From Calcarisporiella thermophila CBS 279.70 (taxonomy: Eukaryota; Fungi; Calcarisporiellomycota), in contig NW_027192192.1 in assembly GCF_041956535.1 (NCBI RefSeq), positions 1,339,111 through 1,403,110 of the forward strand: DNA of 64,000 nucleotides, read 5' to 3'. Below, in pieces: positions 1 through 13,892 of the stretch. Both the position numbers and the translations under genes were made by a program. Positions within the stretch are counted from its first letter, which is position 1. Every line of letters starts with the position of its first letter. The notes below the pieces were generated by a model. That model saw only the letters and a program-made list of their open reading frames with translations. It had not been told where the DNA came from and did no database searches.

Positions 1-838
1 GTTCAGTCGGAGGTTTGCTTGGGGAAAGGGGAGGATAGACAGGGGGAGATTGCGCTGAAGTAATGTAGGAGAGATTAAAGGCATCTCCAGAGTTTGCTGG
101 AGGCGGGTTTGTGCAGTAGCGAGTCGTTGTAAGCGCCACAGACGTAGAATTTTGCGTCGGCTGAATGGAGGGTAGACACTTGAATGAGGGAGGCGAGCCG
201 GCAGAAGTGGTAGTAGGATCGGGAGGGATGGCGTGTTCGGGATCGAATTCTAGAGGGGATATGGATCCATCGATATCGGTTGAGGTAGGGGATGATGTCA
301 ATGGGGCCAGAGAAGAGGGCATAAGATTTGAATTCGCTGATGAACTGGGGGATGACGAGAGGGATGGTGGTGAGAGGGGTCCGGTAGTGATTCGCTGGCC
401 TTTGACATTGGCTGCAGTCAGCCCTCTTAGAAATTCAACCATGCGAACTGTTTCTTCTCCTGATCCCCACAGATATTTCCATCCCTTTTCTATGCGCTCC
501 ACTTCCACTCCCAGCTCCTTCACCACGACTGCCAATTTCCGCAGCATCGTGTTTTCCGCATCTATTTGGGCGGTGGACTGTTGCAGTGTCCTAAATTCCA
601 GGGCACGCTGCTCTTCTGTTTCCCTGAGCTTCTGTAGTTGATCCTCGAGTTCCCGCATATGCTTTTCACGGCGTTCCCGGAACGCCCGCTGGGCAGCTCG
701 ATTTTGAACTTTGCGCAGTTCAGCGGCATTGGGATTGGGTTTACGACCAGGCTTTTTGCGCTGCGGTAGATCGGGATGCGGGGTATAGCTGGAGTTTGTT
801 GTCACCGGTAATTTAGTAATGGTGGGTGCGGTCGACAT
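1..838 (-). CDS. Yap/AP-1-like bZIP transcription factor (3' part runs off the window)
   Basis: Hand translation from ATG at 838 gives MSTAPTITKLPV...RKKPGRKPNPNAAELRKVQNRAAQRAFRERREKHMRELEDQLQKL, a Yap-type basic region plus leucine zipper. The frame stays open to base 1, so the ORF track omits it. Confidence 0.9.
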   Translation of the reverse strand, partial: MSTAPTITKLPVTTNSSYTPHPDLPQRKKPGRKPNPNAAELRKVQNRAAQRAFRERREKHMRELEDQLQKLRETEEQRALEFRTLQQSTAQIDAENTMLRKLAVVVKELGVEVERIEKGWKYLWGSGEETVRMVEFLRGLTAANVKGQRITTGPLSPPSLSSSPSSSANSNLMPSSLAPLTSSPTSTDIDGSISPLEFDPEHAIPPDPTTTSAGSPPSFKCLPSIQPTQNSTSVALTTTRYCTNPPPANSGDAFNLSYITSAQSPPVYPPLSPSKPPTE

Positions 839-1506
839 CTTTTATTTTTCCGTTGCAAAGAAATCCTTGTTCCGCTCTGTATCCGTTCTGCACAATTTTG
901 CGGATCAAAAGCTTATAAAAATACTGCAAGTCCAAGACTCTTCTCGCAGGCGTCAACAGCAAAATCACAACGGAGCAGCTGGGGGAGGAGATCCTGAAGG
1001 TGGGAGGAGGGGCGATGCACTCAGTGAAGCGTAATATAAGGAAAGTTAGTAAACGGAAAGAATCCGAAGGAAGCGTGGAGGCTGGCCGAATGGGAATGAA
1101 ACCAGAGGCCTGCTTTTGAGAAAGTGGGAAAACTAAAGAAAAGAAGTGGAAAAAACGGAGCCTGGCTGGGATTGGCGAGGATAGCCGACCTCGCTCGTAA
1201 AACCGAATGCGACACAACCTATCGAAAGCACAGTCCATCGGGAGCTGATTTGCGTCCAGTTGGTGGTATTGTGCCGCAATCAAAAATAGGGCCGAATATG
1301 CGATGGGCGGAACCTGATATCATGAAAAATTCCTCGGCCCCTTTGAAACCAAGTTCAGGAGAGCACTAGGCCGCGTGCATTTCAGAGGTTTCGGTCAACC
1401 GAATTGCATTCCGGAGAAAAACAAGTAATATTGGAAAAAAGTGGGAAAAACGTGGAAAAACAGGGAAAATCCAATCGAATCATATGAAAATCTGCATCTG
1501 AATTAA

Positions 1507-3061
1507 TCAACACATGGTTTTCCGCGTGGGCGGTCTGCGGCCAGGAGCAGTTGGACGCGAAAACCGTGCGCTCGGCTGCGGAGGGGCGGTTGGTAAAGAG
1601 GAGGAGCTTTCGGAGGATGCAGCCGAGGGGGAGGCTGGGAGCTCGTCCCGCAGGTGCTGACCGGTTAGCTCTGCCGGGTCGTTGGTCTCGAGCTTTAGGC
1701 TGACCCGAAGACCCGCCTCCGCCTCGAGCGCTTGAAGCACGCAGGCTTTACAGGAAGAGTACAGCATACGCTCACGAATTTTGGACTTGGATGGGCAAGT
1801 ATACGCAAACACTACAGGCAAAATATGAAGATACATAGAAGAGTATTAAAAAGGAGCAAATTAAAAGCAAACAAACGCGCTCCCGGATTGTTTCCTACCG
1901 AATGCTTCCTCGCCTTGATGTGCAAATGCGAATATGCTGTACCGTGGAGATTCGGCCGAAATTGCATTGGCAAGCGCATTTTCATCCGCCGATAAATCGA
2001 TCTGGGCCGTAGAGTCAAGCTGGATGGTTTCACTTTTAGCGTCGATGGACTATATGGGGACGGTCAGACACGGGGTCAGCCCAGAATGATAGAGAGTAGG
2101 CTGGATTCTAGAAAACAATGCGATTACCAATTGGACTAGGTTGTGGTTCCTCTCTTCTTTAATACTCAGAGCCCGGAGAGCGTCCAGAGCATCGGCCGAG
2201 AGTGGGAATGTTACCCCTGCAGCATGATTACGTCGCGACGAGGAGGTCAGTAGTTGCTCTGACGCAACTGTTTCCGCATTTTTGACCTCGGCCAATTCTC
2301 GCTCTCTTTCCGTAAGTGGAGCCTCAGCGTTCTTGTGGGCAAGGTGTTGGCGATAGCCTTCCAGGGTAAAATCTCTCTGGATAACGCGCGTATATATATA
2401 TACACGTTAATATCTCGAAGAGGATATTGAGACCGCTGAGGTGGGAAAAACTTACAGCATCGGTTCCGTACATTGCATCGACAAAACGCGAATCTCCCAG
2501 TTCCTTAGTGAGAGTTGCGCGTGTAGAGGCATAAAGCATTTTGTCGCGTACCTTTGCTGAGTCAGGGACGTAGCAAAGGAAAATCCATTCGTAATCGACA
2601 GCAGAGGCCGACTTAGTGTCCATGCGATAAAGGATGTAGCAGGGAGTCTTTTCCTCGAGTGAGTCATAGACATAAGAAAAATCTTACGTTGAAAGTGTTT
2701 AGAGACAAAGAAAATACAGCACTTATAAAGGCAGGAAAAAAAAAACACCTTGTTCCCAGTTATTCTGAACGCGTTCAGTACGACTCACTACCAGAGATTC
2801 TGCAATGAAGTAGTTCAAAGATAATGAACATGACACTCTGATTGGGCACTGAATAGAAATGTCATACCATCTCTAATAGAGATGCGGATGAGCCGCACCT
2901 CTCCGCTCTTGACGGCATCGGCAAATGTGGATGCTAGCTCCCGTGAGACTACATTAGTGATGAAGAGAACATGGGATGAGCGTGGAGAACCATGACGACA
3001 TCATGAGCAAAATAGCAGAGCTTGTGTTGTCCCCACCTTGAATTCCACTCTGATGAGACAT
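1507..3061 (-). CDS. TWF1: Twinfilin (two ADF-H domains), multi-exon
   Basis: Start MSHQSGIQ. Motifs YVPDSAKVRDKMLYASTRATLTKELG, GVTFPLS, FAYTCPSKSKIRERMLYSSCK and the C-terminal FSRPTAPGRR capping-protein-binding tail. Confidence 0.95.
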
Positions 3062-3491
3062 ACCGGCTTTACGCAGTGATGAGGGTCCACAAAGCACCTT
3101 TTCATTTTAGATAAATTGGATGGCTTAGCCTCAGGATTTCATAATTGCAAAGGGGAGGAGAGAAGGGCGGCGCGAGGGCGAGATCGAGGCTCTTAGCCGC
3201 GTCGATGGGGGCCGTCAGAATCCACCGAGCGTGAAGATCCAAACCAGAGCCGGGCGTGCGTGGGAGAGCAGCCCGCGCTCTATTAGTTAAGGCATTTCGC
3301 TTTCCGTTTTTCCTCGAGAGTTTGATGCCCCTCTTCGGGCCGTAAAGTAAAAAGCGGGCTGTATCCAATCGCCGGGGGTTATAGCCGCCCGTGGTCTCTA
3401 CTCAACGCGTTGCTCGTCTGCACTTTCCTCTATTATTTCCATATTGTTTTCTCGCCTTCCTTTTTTCCTCTTCTTCTCCTTTTCTCCTCTT

Positions 3492-3537
3492 CTTCTCCCC
3501 TTCGGCTAGTCCTTCTCCCCTTCGGCTAGTCCTTCTC
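3492..3537 (+). repeat. Perfect 20-bp tandem repeat, about 2.3 copies (CTTCTCCCCTTCGGCTAGTC), upstream of the cyclin gene
   Basis: Direct reading: 3492-3511 equals 3512-3531, followed by a partial CTTCTC. Confidence 0.9.
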
Positions 3538-3787
3538 GTTGCCCCCGCTCTTGTGGTGGAAAGACGCCTTTCTTCACTCCAGCCCTAGTGCCAGTGAACC
3601 TTTGCATTTCCCACAGGGCCTCTGTATGACTTAGCCTCTACGGCTGCAGCAGAAGGAAAGAAGAAAGCCCTTCAAGAGAAATCCCAAGTGTGAAGAAATT
3701 TACCTAATCAATTAAACCTATCCCTGACTCTCTTCATCAAATAATCCTGGAGCCCACCCATTGCTCTGCCATCTCCTTGCCACACGC

Positions 3788-4859
3788 ATGGCAACATTCG
3801 ATCTCGCCACCTTTCCCGTAGCAACCACAGTTGTGCTAGTCGCGTCCCTACTCGACTCCATTTTGGACGCCAACAAGGCGCTTCCCACCTCCGTCATCAC
3901 CCATTTCCACTCTCGTGCCATCCCCGCCATCTCTGTCCAGGCCTATCTCAATCGCATCCTGAAATTTGCACCGTTCCCAAACGAAGCATTGTTGTCGGTA
4001 CTGGTCTACTTCGATCGGATTGCAGAGGCTAGCAAAGGGGCGTTTGTCATCAATGCGTACAATGTACACCGATTATTAATTGCCGCTATAGTGGTTGCGT
4101 CAAAATATACTTCGGATGTGTTCTATCCAAACACAAGATACGCAAAGGTATGGTTAGGAGAATAGCTAGTGCTATTCGATGTGGTGTTTAACTGACCCTC
4201 CCCCTCCTCTCTCTCTTGTATTCCAGGTGGGTGGGTTGCCGCTGCTAGAGTTGAACCAGCTAGAGCTTGAATTCCTCTTCCAGTGTAATTTTGACCTCTA
4301 TGTCGCTAATGAGGAGTTGCAGGGTTATGGAGAACAGCTGCTTGCCCATGCCTCGCAACACCAGATCGAGCCCATCTATGTACAACCAGCAAATAACACT
4401 CACCTTCCTAAAAATCGTCGCGTGTCCTCCTCCTCCTCTCCCCCTCTCTCCTCGGTCGACAAAAGCAAATCTGAAAAATCGGCAGCATCGAATGGCACAT
4501 TTAAAACGACTGCCTCGATAGCAATAGCAACCAAACCACTAATGCTTACCCCTCCTAATGCTGCCTCCTCATTCTCCTCCTCCTCCGAGAGTCCTATTTC
4601 TGTCGCATCTCCTCCTCCACCTCCGGCCCCGCCTCCGCCCGGTAAGCCTCCCTTTCAAATAAGCGGCGCCATCCACGGAGGGGCAGTTGGCGTCGCCAGT
4701 CCTCTCAGCCAGCACTCTTCGCCCTCCAGCCGTAGAAAATCAGTAAACCACTATCATCCATATGTGGTCCCAGTATCTTCGGACGTGGTTGGCAGCGGAA
4801 GAATCTCCGGTGTTGGTGCGTGGACTGGTTCTTCGTGTTGGAGCGCGATGGAGGAATGA
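3788..4859 (+). CDS. Pho80/Pcl-family cyclin, 2 exons (intron 4148-4226)
   Basis: FHSRAIPAISVQAYLNRI...LVYFDRI...NVHRLLIAAIVVASKYTSDVFYPNTRYAK|VGGLPLLELNQLELEFL, followed by a Ser/Pro-rich tail. Confidence 0.93.
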
Positions 4860-5175
4860 AGTGGCTACGCGATTTTCTTCTTCGCCAGTATAGATTGTTT
4901 TGCAAACTCTTCTTTGTTGAATTTATACTACTTTATATTTTTCGTTTTTCCTGAAAACCTAAGTTTATTTTGTTTTTATTATTTTTCGGTAGTGTTTTTT
5001 TTTTCTAGAGTATTCTTATATATTTTATGCTATATATTTTTCTTTTGCCTTTTCTCTCTATCACTTATACCAGTTGTTAGCTTTCATTGTCTTTTTTTTA
5101 TTTCACCATATCCCGTGTATATAGAACTCTTTTTCCTGTTCTTTTCTCCATTTCCCTATTATCATTAAATCAACC

Positions 5176-6532
<1,357 letters not shown>

Positions 6533-6857
6533 GTATAGCGATGTTTCGATTGAGTCTCTAGTGTGAAAACGAAAATGACAATAACGATGATTGAGTAGGC
6601 CAAGGAACCAGCCACTGGTCAAATCAGAGGTGGCAAACTAGATGCAGCAGCTCCTAACAAAATTGAGGGGATTATTGATGGTCGATTCAACCTTTATTCT
6701 AAAAGAAAACATGATACAGAAGAAAGCGTTTGAAAATCAGAGAAAAGAGAAGAGCGAGCAAATAGAAGGGGAGGGTCTAAAAATGAAATAAACGTGAAAA
6801 TAGAAAAGTTGTTAAGCAATAGAATGAAAGCAAGATATAATTTTCGTATAAGTTAAA

Positions 6858-9327
6858 TTATTCTTCCTCGTCTTCATCCATCTCCTCGTCACCCTCCTCT
6901 TCTTCCTCATCGTCATCGTCTTCTTCATCGTCATCGTCTTCTTCATCGTCATCGTCATCGTCTTCTTCATCGTCGTCGTCATCGTAGTCGGCCCCCTCTG
7001 CACTTTCGCCACTCGCAATATGTTTCTCGATCTCCATCTCCTCATCATCGTCATCTTCTTCGCGATAGGTAACCAATGCTTCATTTAATCCTGTAGCAGA
7101 TTGAACCTTGGTGGTTCCCTTAGTAAATCCACTGGCTGCTGCGTGCCGTTGGGTCCGCTGCATGGACCGTTGCTCTAACACCAAATCCAGCCTTCCTTCC
7201 AGACCTTGCAGTTTTTCAAAGGTTCCGACCCGTGCCTCTAAACCTTGATAGAAGAGAGCGAGCTTCTTTACTAAATCTGGAACGGTCATTAAGTAAGCGG
7301 TATGGACTAAGAGTATGGCCTTAACCCAAGCCAATAATTGCGGTCCACGATTCGGACGTTGCTGGAGTTTGACAACAAGTTGCGTCAGAAGTGGCACAAC
7401 AAAGCGAGGTGGTAGACGTCGAATTGTATTGCGAATGATATCGGGATTGTGGTGGCCAAGACAAGCCTCAAGCAACTGCGTATCGGATGAATGGAGTGCT
7501 TGGACGAGCATCTGCTGAAGGGAGTTGGCTTTGGGAGTGTCTATGATGCGGCGTTTAGGTTTAGGAGGTTGAGGGGGTTCGACCGCAAGCTCTTGCAATT
7601 TTTCTTCGAGAGTTGGTTCCTGACCGGGGAGAAAAATCCAGAGATTTAGGACAATGTTTCGTGGACTCAAAAGAGCTAACACTCACCGTTTCTTTATCAC
7701 CCTCCTCATCACCCTCTCCTGCTAGCACGGGATTCGGTAGGGCAAAATCAGTCTGGCCGATCACCGTTATTAGGGATTCATCATAGGACTTCGACGTAGC
7801 TTTCTATGAAAGAGGTGAGAAGAGTTAATATCATATGGGATATGAACTATTTGCCGGTATAAGGTGTTATTACCAATTGAGCCTCAGCGAGCGAAGATTC
7901 GTCGATCAAGAATCCTGTGATAGGGTGTCGCTTAAGCACCAAATCCTCGATAAAGGTCCCCGTTTCCTCACCCACAAAGCTCTAAAACGAATAAGGGGAT
8001 TAACTTCGATCCAGCTAAGTCAAAATCCTCTATAATCACTACGTACTACTCTCTCAAATATCGGCTTAACCACCGACCCTCTTGCTATTAAAATCCTGGA
8101 TTGTTCTCCCTCACCCACTCCACCCTCCACGAAGCACGCCCCTACAATAGGGATCAAGGTTTTCTCGTCCACATCGCTCACAATTTTTACTCTAGCATCA
8201 CATGCTCGCGCAGCATATCGCTTCTTTTTCTGCTGCTGTACCGATTTTGCGGCATTCTGCCACAGCCCAAGGGTTCCCTCCTCGGAGAGAGCCAAGACGG
8301 TGTTTGCGGAAGAAATGGCAAGTGCAGTAGCAGTTGCATCCAAAGTGAGAGCAGCCAGATCATTAGTAGAAGGAGAGATTTGGGTGTTGGAGGCTTGGAG
8401 GGCATCAGGTGACGGACATGACCAAGCATTAATAAAGCGATCGTATTCTGCAGTAGTGACAATGACTTGATTATCCTCCGAAAAGATAAGGTTGGTGATG
8501 ATTGAAGCATGCCCGGTGTATCTCTGAAATTATCAAAAAACAAAGAAAGCATTAATGGAAGTTCCCAACCCGTGTTGTGTGCGAAAAATACCTTTATAAT
8601 GTTTTTCGTTTTTGTATCCACCAAAGCAATTGCATACCCTGCAACCGCTAACCATTTTCCGTCATTACTTAAACCTAACCGTCGTGCCCCGCTAACATCT
8701 ACCCGCCACTTACTCACGGGTGTTCCTTCTTCAACGTCCCAGTGTATTATGTTTTGATCTTCAGAAATGGAATAAGCTGTTCGCCCATCGCGGCTAAAGA
8801 CGATATCACTAACAGGAGCATTATGGCCTCCATTAAGCGTCTTTATAATGCCGCCATGTGCGGGAGAGTATATTGCGATGATGCCGCTAGGATAACCTAA
8901 GACTAATGTCCTCTCCGTGTTGTGAATAGACCCTCGACGTTTTTTCTTCTTTGGTGCATTAGTCTGCGTATACAATGAACGGTTAGTAAAAAAGGAGAGG
9001 GTAATGCAAATTTGCAAATTCATAACTTACATTTCCCCCCAAGAGTCCATCGAGTCCCAAATTGGCCCATTTTACACAGGTAAATCGCTCTCCTTCCCCA
9101 GCATCGATTAATCCTTCTGTGGCAACTCCACCACTCCCTGCTGTAAATTCGTTTTTTACGGTGCCCGTATGGGTGTCAAACACGCGTAAACGATGCTTGT
9201 CCAGACCACGAGTCACGAGCGCAAAGTAATCCCCCGCTGGATCAAAACTTGCGAAGATTGCCTCCGCTGTTAAACCCTGCGTTGGAGTGGTGTCGGGCTT
9301 TGGTTTATGCTCTGGTTTTTTAACCAT
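6858..9327 (-). CDS. UTP5: U3 snoRNA-associated WD40 protein Utp5/WDR43
   Basis: N-terminal WD40 repeats, a Utp12-like C-terminal domain (ANSLQQMLVQALHSSDTQLLEACL...WVKAILLVHTAYL...LEGRLDLV) and a long D/E tail. Confidence 0.9.
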
Positions 9328-10327
9328 GTGTGCTGAGGAATTGAACTATTATATTAATGTGAAATAGTATGCTACAGATCTACTACAGATCTTCTCCTCG
9401 TGCTCTACCTAATCTCTTTCTCTCTCTAATGAATAAATATCGAGGTAGAAGAATTTATTTCGTTTATTTACTCTGTGACTGTAATCAAGCCACTCCCCAA
9501 TAATAGTCACATTACCTCCTCAGTACCAAAATTCAATCACGATCAATGCAATAATATCTATAGGCTAATATCCAAGTGTTTGTTATTTCATGTATGCTAT
9601 CGTAATGAGGCATTATTTTATCACATTGAATGTCCCTTTACTTATTAGTAGTATAGTATTATACATACCCATCATATAAACAAAATATCTTGCTCTTTGA
9701 TAGCTTCTATCTATCCAAATTTTCCCGATATTTTAGGATTATAGCACTTTCCTAGGTTTTTTTTTTTTAAAACTTGTTGAATACAAATTGTTCAAGCTAG
9801 TGCTCTTACGGGAAAGGGTAGAAATATAACGTGTAAAGAGGGGTCTATAATAATTACTCTGGATTCTCGACTATGTGGTCTAATGTGTTCTTAGTGAAGC
9901 ACTGAATTCAGTATATTTTTGCTTGATAGTGGATAACCTATAAGCTGATTAACGAATACAGAGAGCTACCATCAGTCTTCTAAAGAGTTTGAAACTCTTT
10001 TGCTCGGGTATTTCTTTCTCGAAACTGAATAATGATAAATTTCATAGTGAAGAGGCAAATATGCTGTTTATAAATATACACACGTAGAATAATGGATAAA
10101 AAAAAACGAAAACAAGAGGATGACAACAAATCCGCACTATTATAATTCCATATTATATTATAAGATAAAAATAAAGTATTTAATAAAAAAAAATGGCAAG
10201 CAACAAAAGCAAAAAGTAATAGAATGGAAGAAAGTAAGAGAAGACGAAGGAAAGCGGAGAAAAATATTAAGACATGAAAGCAGCAGCTATTGATTTATGT
10301 TAATGGAGCAAGGAAAAAAATCGCTGA

Positions 10328-10683
10328 TTACTCTTCATCGCGAGCACGTTTATTTACCGCGGATTCCCGAAAATAAGATGTGAGAACAGTCTGACCATTT
10401 ATAGCTCTCTCGCTGGATTTCATAGTTGTTGCCGGATTAGATGTCTTTGGTAACTTGTATCCTTCGGCAACGGCTATTATTTAAAATAATCACCGGGTAA
10501 AGGAGGTTGATAAGCAAAAATTGCGAGAAAAAAGAGTGGAGCTAGAAGCATCGGAACAATTTATTTACCTTTGCGAACACGCATCGCAACAGTAATCATA
10601 CTCTGTCCCCCAGCCCCAAGAGGCTGTGTAGAAACCGTGTTGGAGTATTCACGGTCGTCGTAACGCTGTTTTTTTGAGGTCAT
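10328..10683 (-). CDS. Spd1/Dif1/Hug-family ribonucleotide reductase regulator microprotein, 86 aa, 2 exons (10569-10683, 10328-10473)
   Basis: Spliced product MTSKKQRYDDREYSNTVSTQPLGAGGQSMITVAMRVRK|AVAEGYKLPKTSNPATTMKSSERAINGQTVLTSYFRESAVNKRARDEE*. It carries the Hug motif MRVRKAVAEGYK and PIP box QTVLTSYF. The 95-nt GTAAAT...TAG intron keeps the frame. A T-rich 3'UTR-like tract follows. Confidence 0.85.
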
Positions 10684-10821
10684 TGGCTAAATGATTAAAA
10701 ACGGATTAAGTTGAAGATACTGGGAAAATCATGCCATTATATATAGAGCCCGGTGGCTTGAAAATTTCCATTTCTACCATTTTATATTGCCTCTTTATAT
10801 CGCAGGGAGAAATGCATAGAA

Positions 10822-13274
10822 ATGGCGAGCGGCGAAGAACACCAGAAACTCCTCGATCGAATAGCCCGTCTATCTGGTCTGACTATACATATGTATCTTT
10901 ATTAGTGCTTCGACTCTGAGAAACTAATCTCGCTTTTTTCATTTTCATTCCAATATAGACGATATCAATACACAAAAAGAAAAGGCTGCTTCAGTCATTG
11001 CAGGAAGATCACAGCGGCAACTTCCTAGCTTACGTGGACCAGGCCATGTTAATAGACCACCTGCTTTATACCGTAGACATCCTATTTCAAAACCAGTATA
11101 TATTAGTTCTGGGAGAGGGCGAGGAAGGAATTTGACACTCGTCAACAATATTCAAAGCAGCGGGGTATCTGTTGCTCCCAAGCTCTCTGCTAGCTCTGTA
11201 GCATCTGAAAGCTCGACAGTGAAGAAATCTGTTGTGACTTCTGCACCCTCTGTTGGATCTATGGCTACTTCACCTACTACTGTTGCTAGACCACTGGTAC
11301 CTGTTGAAACTTCAAAGCCCGATATTGTTGCGAAAACCGCACCGAAATCGCAGCCCACACCCACTACAAGCTCCAAAATTTCCCCCCGCAGTTTTTCACC
11401 TATATCGCAAACTTCGTCCCAGGGTCGATCCATTATCTCCAGAAATCGTACTCTAGTTAATAATGCAATTAAAGCTACTAATGGCAACGAGACTGACAAG
11501 TTGGATTGGATTCACCGGCGCACTCGGCATATGCAGCTAATTAATAAGGCTGCATTTAAGGATACGTGAGTATCATTTGATATATTCATTATTTCTTTAC
11601 AATACATGATTTACTAGAATCAAGATTCTTATTGATTGATTTTTTTATCTACTTAGAATTCAATCTGCTATTAAAACGAAAACATCTACTTCATCACCTC
11701 GTATTCTAGGTTTAAAAAAGAAAAAGCCCATAACGCCCAAATTAACGAAGGAGAAAATCGTTAATATTGGAGGAAAAAAATACAAGAAAAGCAGCGACGG
11801 ACGGAAACTCGTGATAAGTGATGGTGAGAACCTTTCCCGCTACCGTACTTTCAGTCTAATTATTTATGATTCTCTGCATACTATTCTTATCTGAATAATA
11901 GACACTCCACAGGAGGTCACAATCGACGGGGTACTCTTCATTCGTGATCCAACTGGTCGTAAGCTGGTTCGCAAGGGCACTCCCGCCCTGCCATCCATTT
12001 CTAGCACAGCGAATAGCTTGAGCACTTCCAATACGATAACACCCAAAAAAATTAACGTCAACGGAGTGTTATTTGTTAGAACAAAGAGAGGGAACCTCAT
12101 TCGGGCTGAAGTTGCTAATAAGTTGGCAAAACGGTGAGTGCTCTTAGCCAAAAATATACCCACTCTTATCGGATTCTCCCGATATAATTACGTTCTCTTT
12201 CTTATTTTCATCTTTTATAGCTCACCTACAATTTCTCGCAATAAGACCTATCGCCGTTCTCCCCTAAAGTTTAAAACCACACCCGGCAAGAGTAAGCGCA
12301 AACTTATCTCGAAACCATGCATTTTTTTCCAACGATTCGGAACATGTAAACGTGGAGACACATGTCCTTATTTACATGACCGCGAGCGCCTAGCCATTTG
12401 TAAGAAATTTCTGAGGAATGCATGCCCTCATGTTGTAGGCTCTGGAGTAATTGAACCCGATGAGAAAGAGGTTGCACCAGTGGAGGGAAAGTCGGGGAAA
12501 TGCAAGCTGTCGCATACCCCAACTGCGCACAATACCCCATCCTGCTTGCATTTTCTGCGAGGAAATTGCACGCATACCAATTGTCCTTACCCTCATGTCA
12601 ATGTGAATCGCGATGCACCTGTTTGTAGTCCATTTGCTCGTGAAGGCTACTGTCCACTAGGATCGTCGTGCAAAGAACAGCATATTTGGGTGTGTCCTGA
12701 TTATGCGGAGCGTGGAGAGTGCTCTCGCAAAGGTTGCAAGTTACCACACGTTTCGAGAAAAGAGGAGGAGGAGAAGAGAATGAGGCTTCGTTTAGAGCGA
12801 CGAGAGCGGAAAAGACGATTGATTGAGGCTGAGGAAATGAATGATATGAAGGAAATTTTGCCCGATTTTGAAGCGATTGAGCGTGGAATGGGGAGCATCG
12901 AAAGTGCTGAAGCAATGGATGAGCGTGAACAAGAAGCCATTATATCTGACGACCTGGATATGGGATTAAGTGATAATGGGGAGACAGAGGAGGAAGATGA
13001 AGGCGAAGAAATAGATAGTAGTGAAGAAGATAGCCTTGATGAAAGCGATGTTGAATCTGAAAATAGTGAAATTGATGGAGAAACTGACGAGGAGGAGGAA
13101 GAGGAAGAGGAAGAGGGAGAGGGAGAGGGAGAAGAAGAAGAGGAGACAGATCGAGAAGAAAGGTCATTGGTCCAGGGTGCTTCAAAGCCTGAAGAGGAAG
13201 GAAAGCAAGGTTTAATTCCCAAGAGAAAAAGAGATGACAGCTTTTTTTCACAAGATTTCATATCTTTGGAATGA
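10822..13274 (+). CDS. ZC3H3/Red5-like protein with five CCCH zinc fingers, multi-exon
   Basis: N-terminal helix MASGEEHQKLLDRIARLS, an RNLTLVNN motif, three V-x-I-x-G-x-x-F/Y...G-x-K/N-L repeats, five tandem CCCH fingers and an acidic tail. Confidence 0.85.
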
Positions 13275-13892
13275 AGAGTTCAGGTGGGTATATGATAGAT
13301 ATACTTATCTATGTAAAATATTGTCCATTTATGCTTGGTGTTGCCGTTGTAATTATCCTTTCTCAATGTTCTCATGTCGGGTTGAATTCAATCCTGTCCA
13401 TCAAATTAATAAATATGCACAGGTCTATTTGACGTGAATGATAAATGAGATAATGGATTTTCCATGTGGCTTTAATGAAATTTTGAAAGATGAAATACTA
13501 GATAGTACGAGAATACTAAAAATTTGCTGTATGAATTTTGTATTGCTGCCTCATTGAATTTCAAACTATAGTTTGTAAATTTACTATCCATTCCATGAAT
13601 ATCGATTATTTTGGTGAATGATAAACCGAGAAAATTCATATTTGCACCTTGATCGAGTTTTAAATCGATACATCGAGGACCGAAATCCAAGTGGATATTG
13701 CAAAGCGATTTACTTGTGCACTTAACTCTAATAAGAAACAGGATGCTTAAGATATATTTAAAGAAATGGATCATGTTACAACCGCTACCACATAGTTTCT
13801 TTCAATATTCATACAAGTTAAAATGTAAAAAAAGGGAAATGAGATATACTCAATAAAATGTCAAGAGGTTTAGTGCTACAATAAGGTAGAGA

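Noticed and set aside
165-641. 158-aa + strand ORF
   Set aside because: Antisense shadow of the bZIP CDS on the minus strand.
3492-3537. CRISPR-like repeat
   Set aside because: Only about two adjacent copies with no spacers, in a eukaryotic context.
9982-10000. 19-bp palindrome AAAGAGTTT-G-AAACTCTTT
   Set aside because: Single AT-rich instance with no TIR/TSD context or partner copy.
12701-13261. 186-aa poly-Ser minus-strand ORF
   Set aside because: Antisense of the Glu-rich ZC3H3 tail.
13472-13774. 100-aa minus-strand ORF between ZC3H3 and the DCAF gene
   Set aside because: AT-rich convergent 3'UTR region with no recognisable domain.
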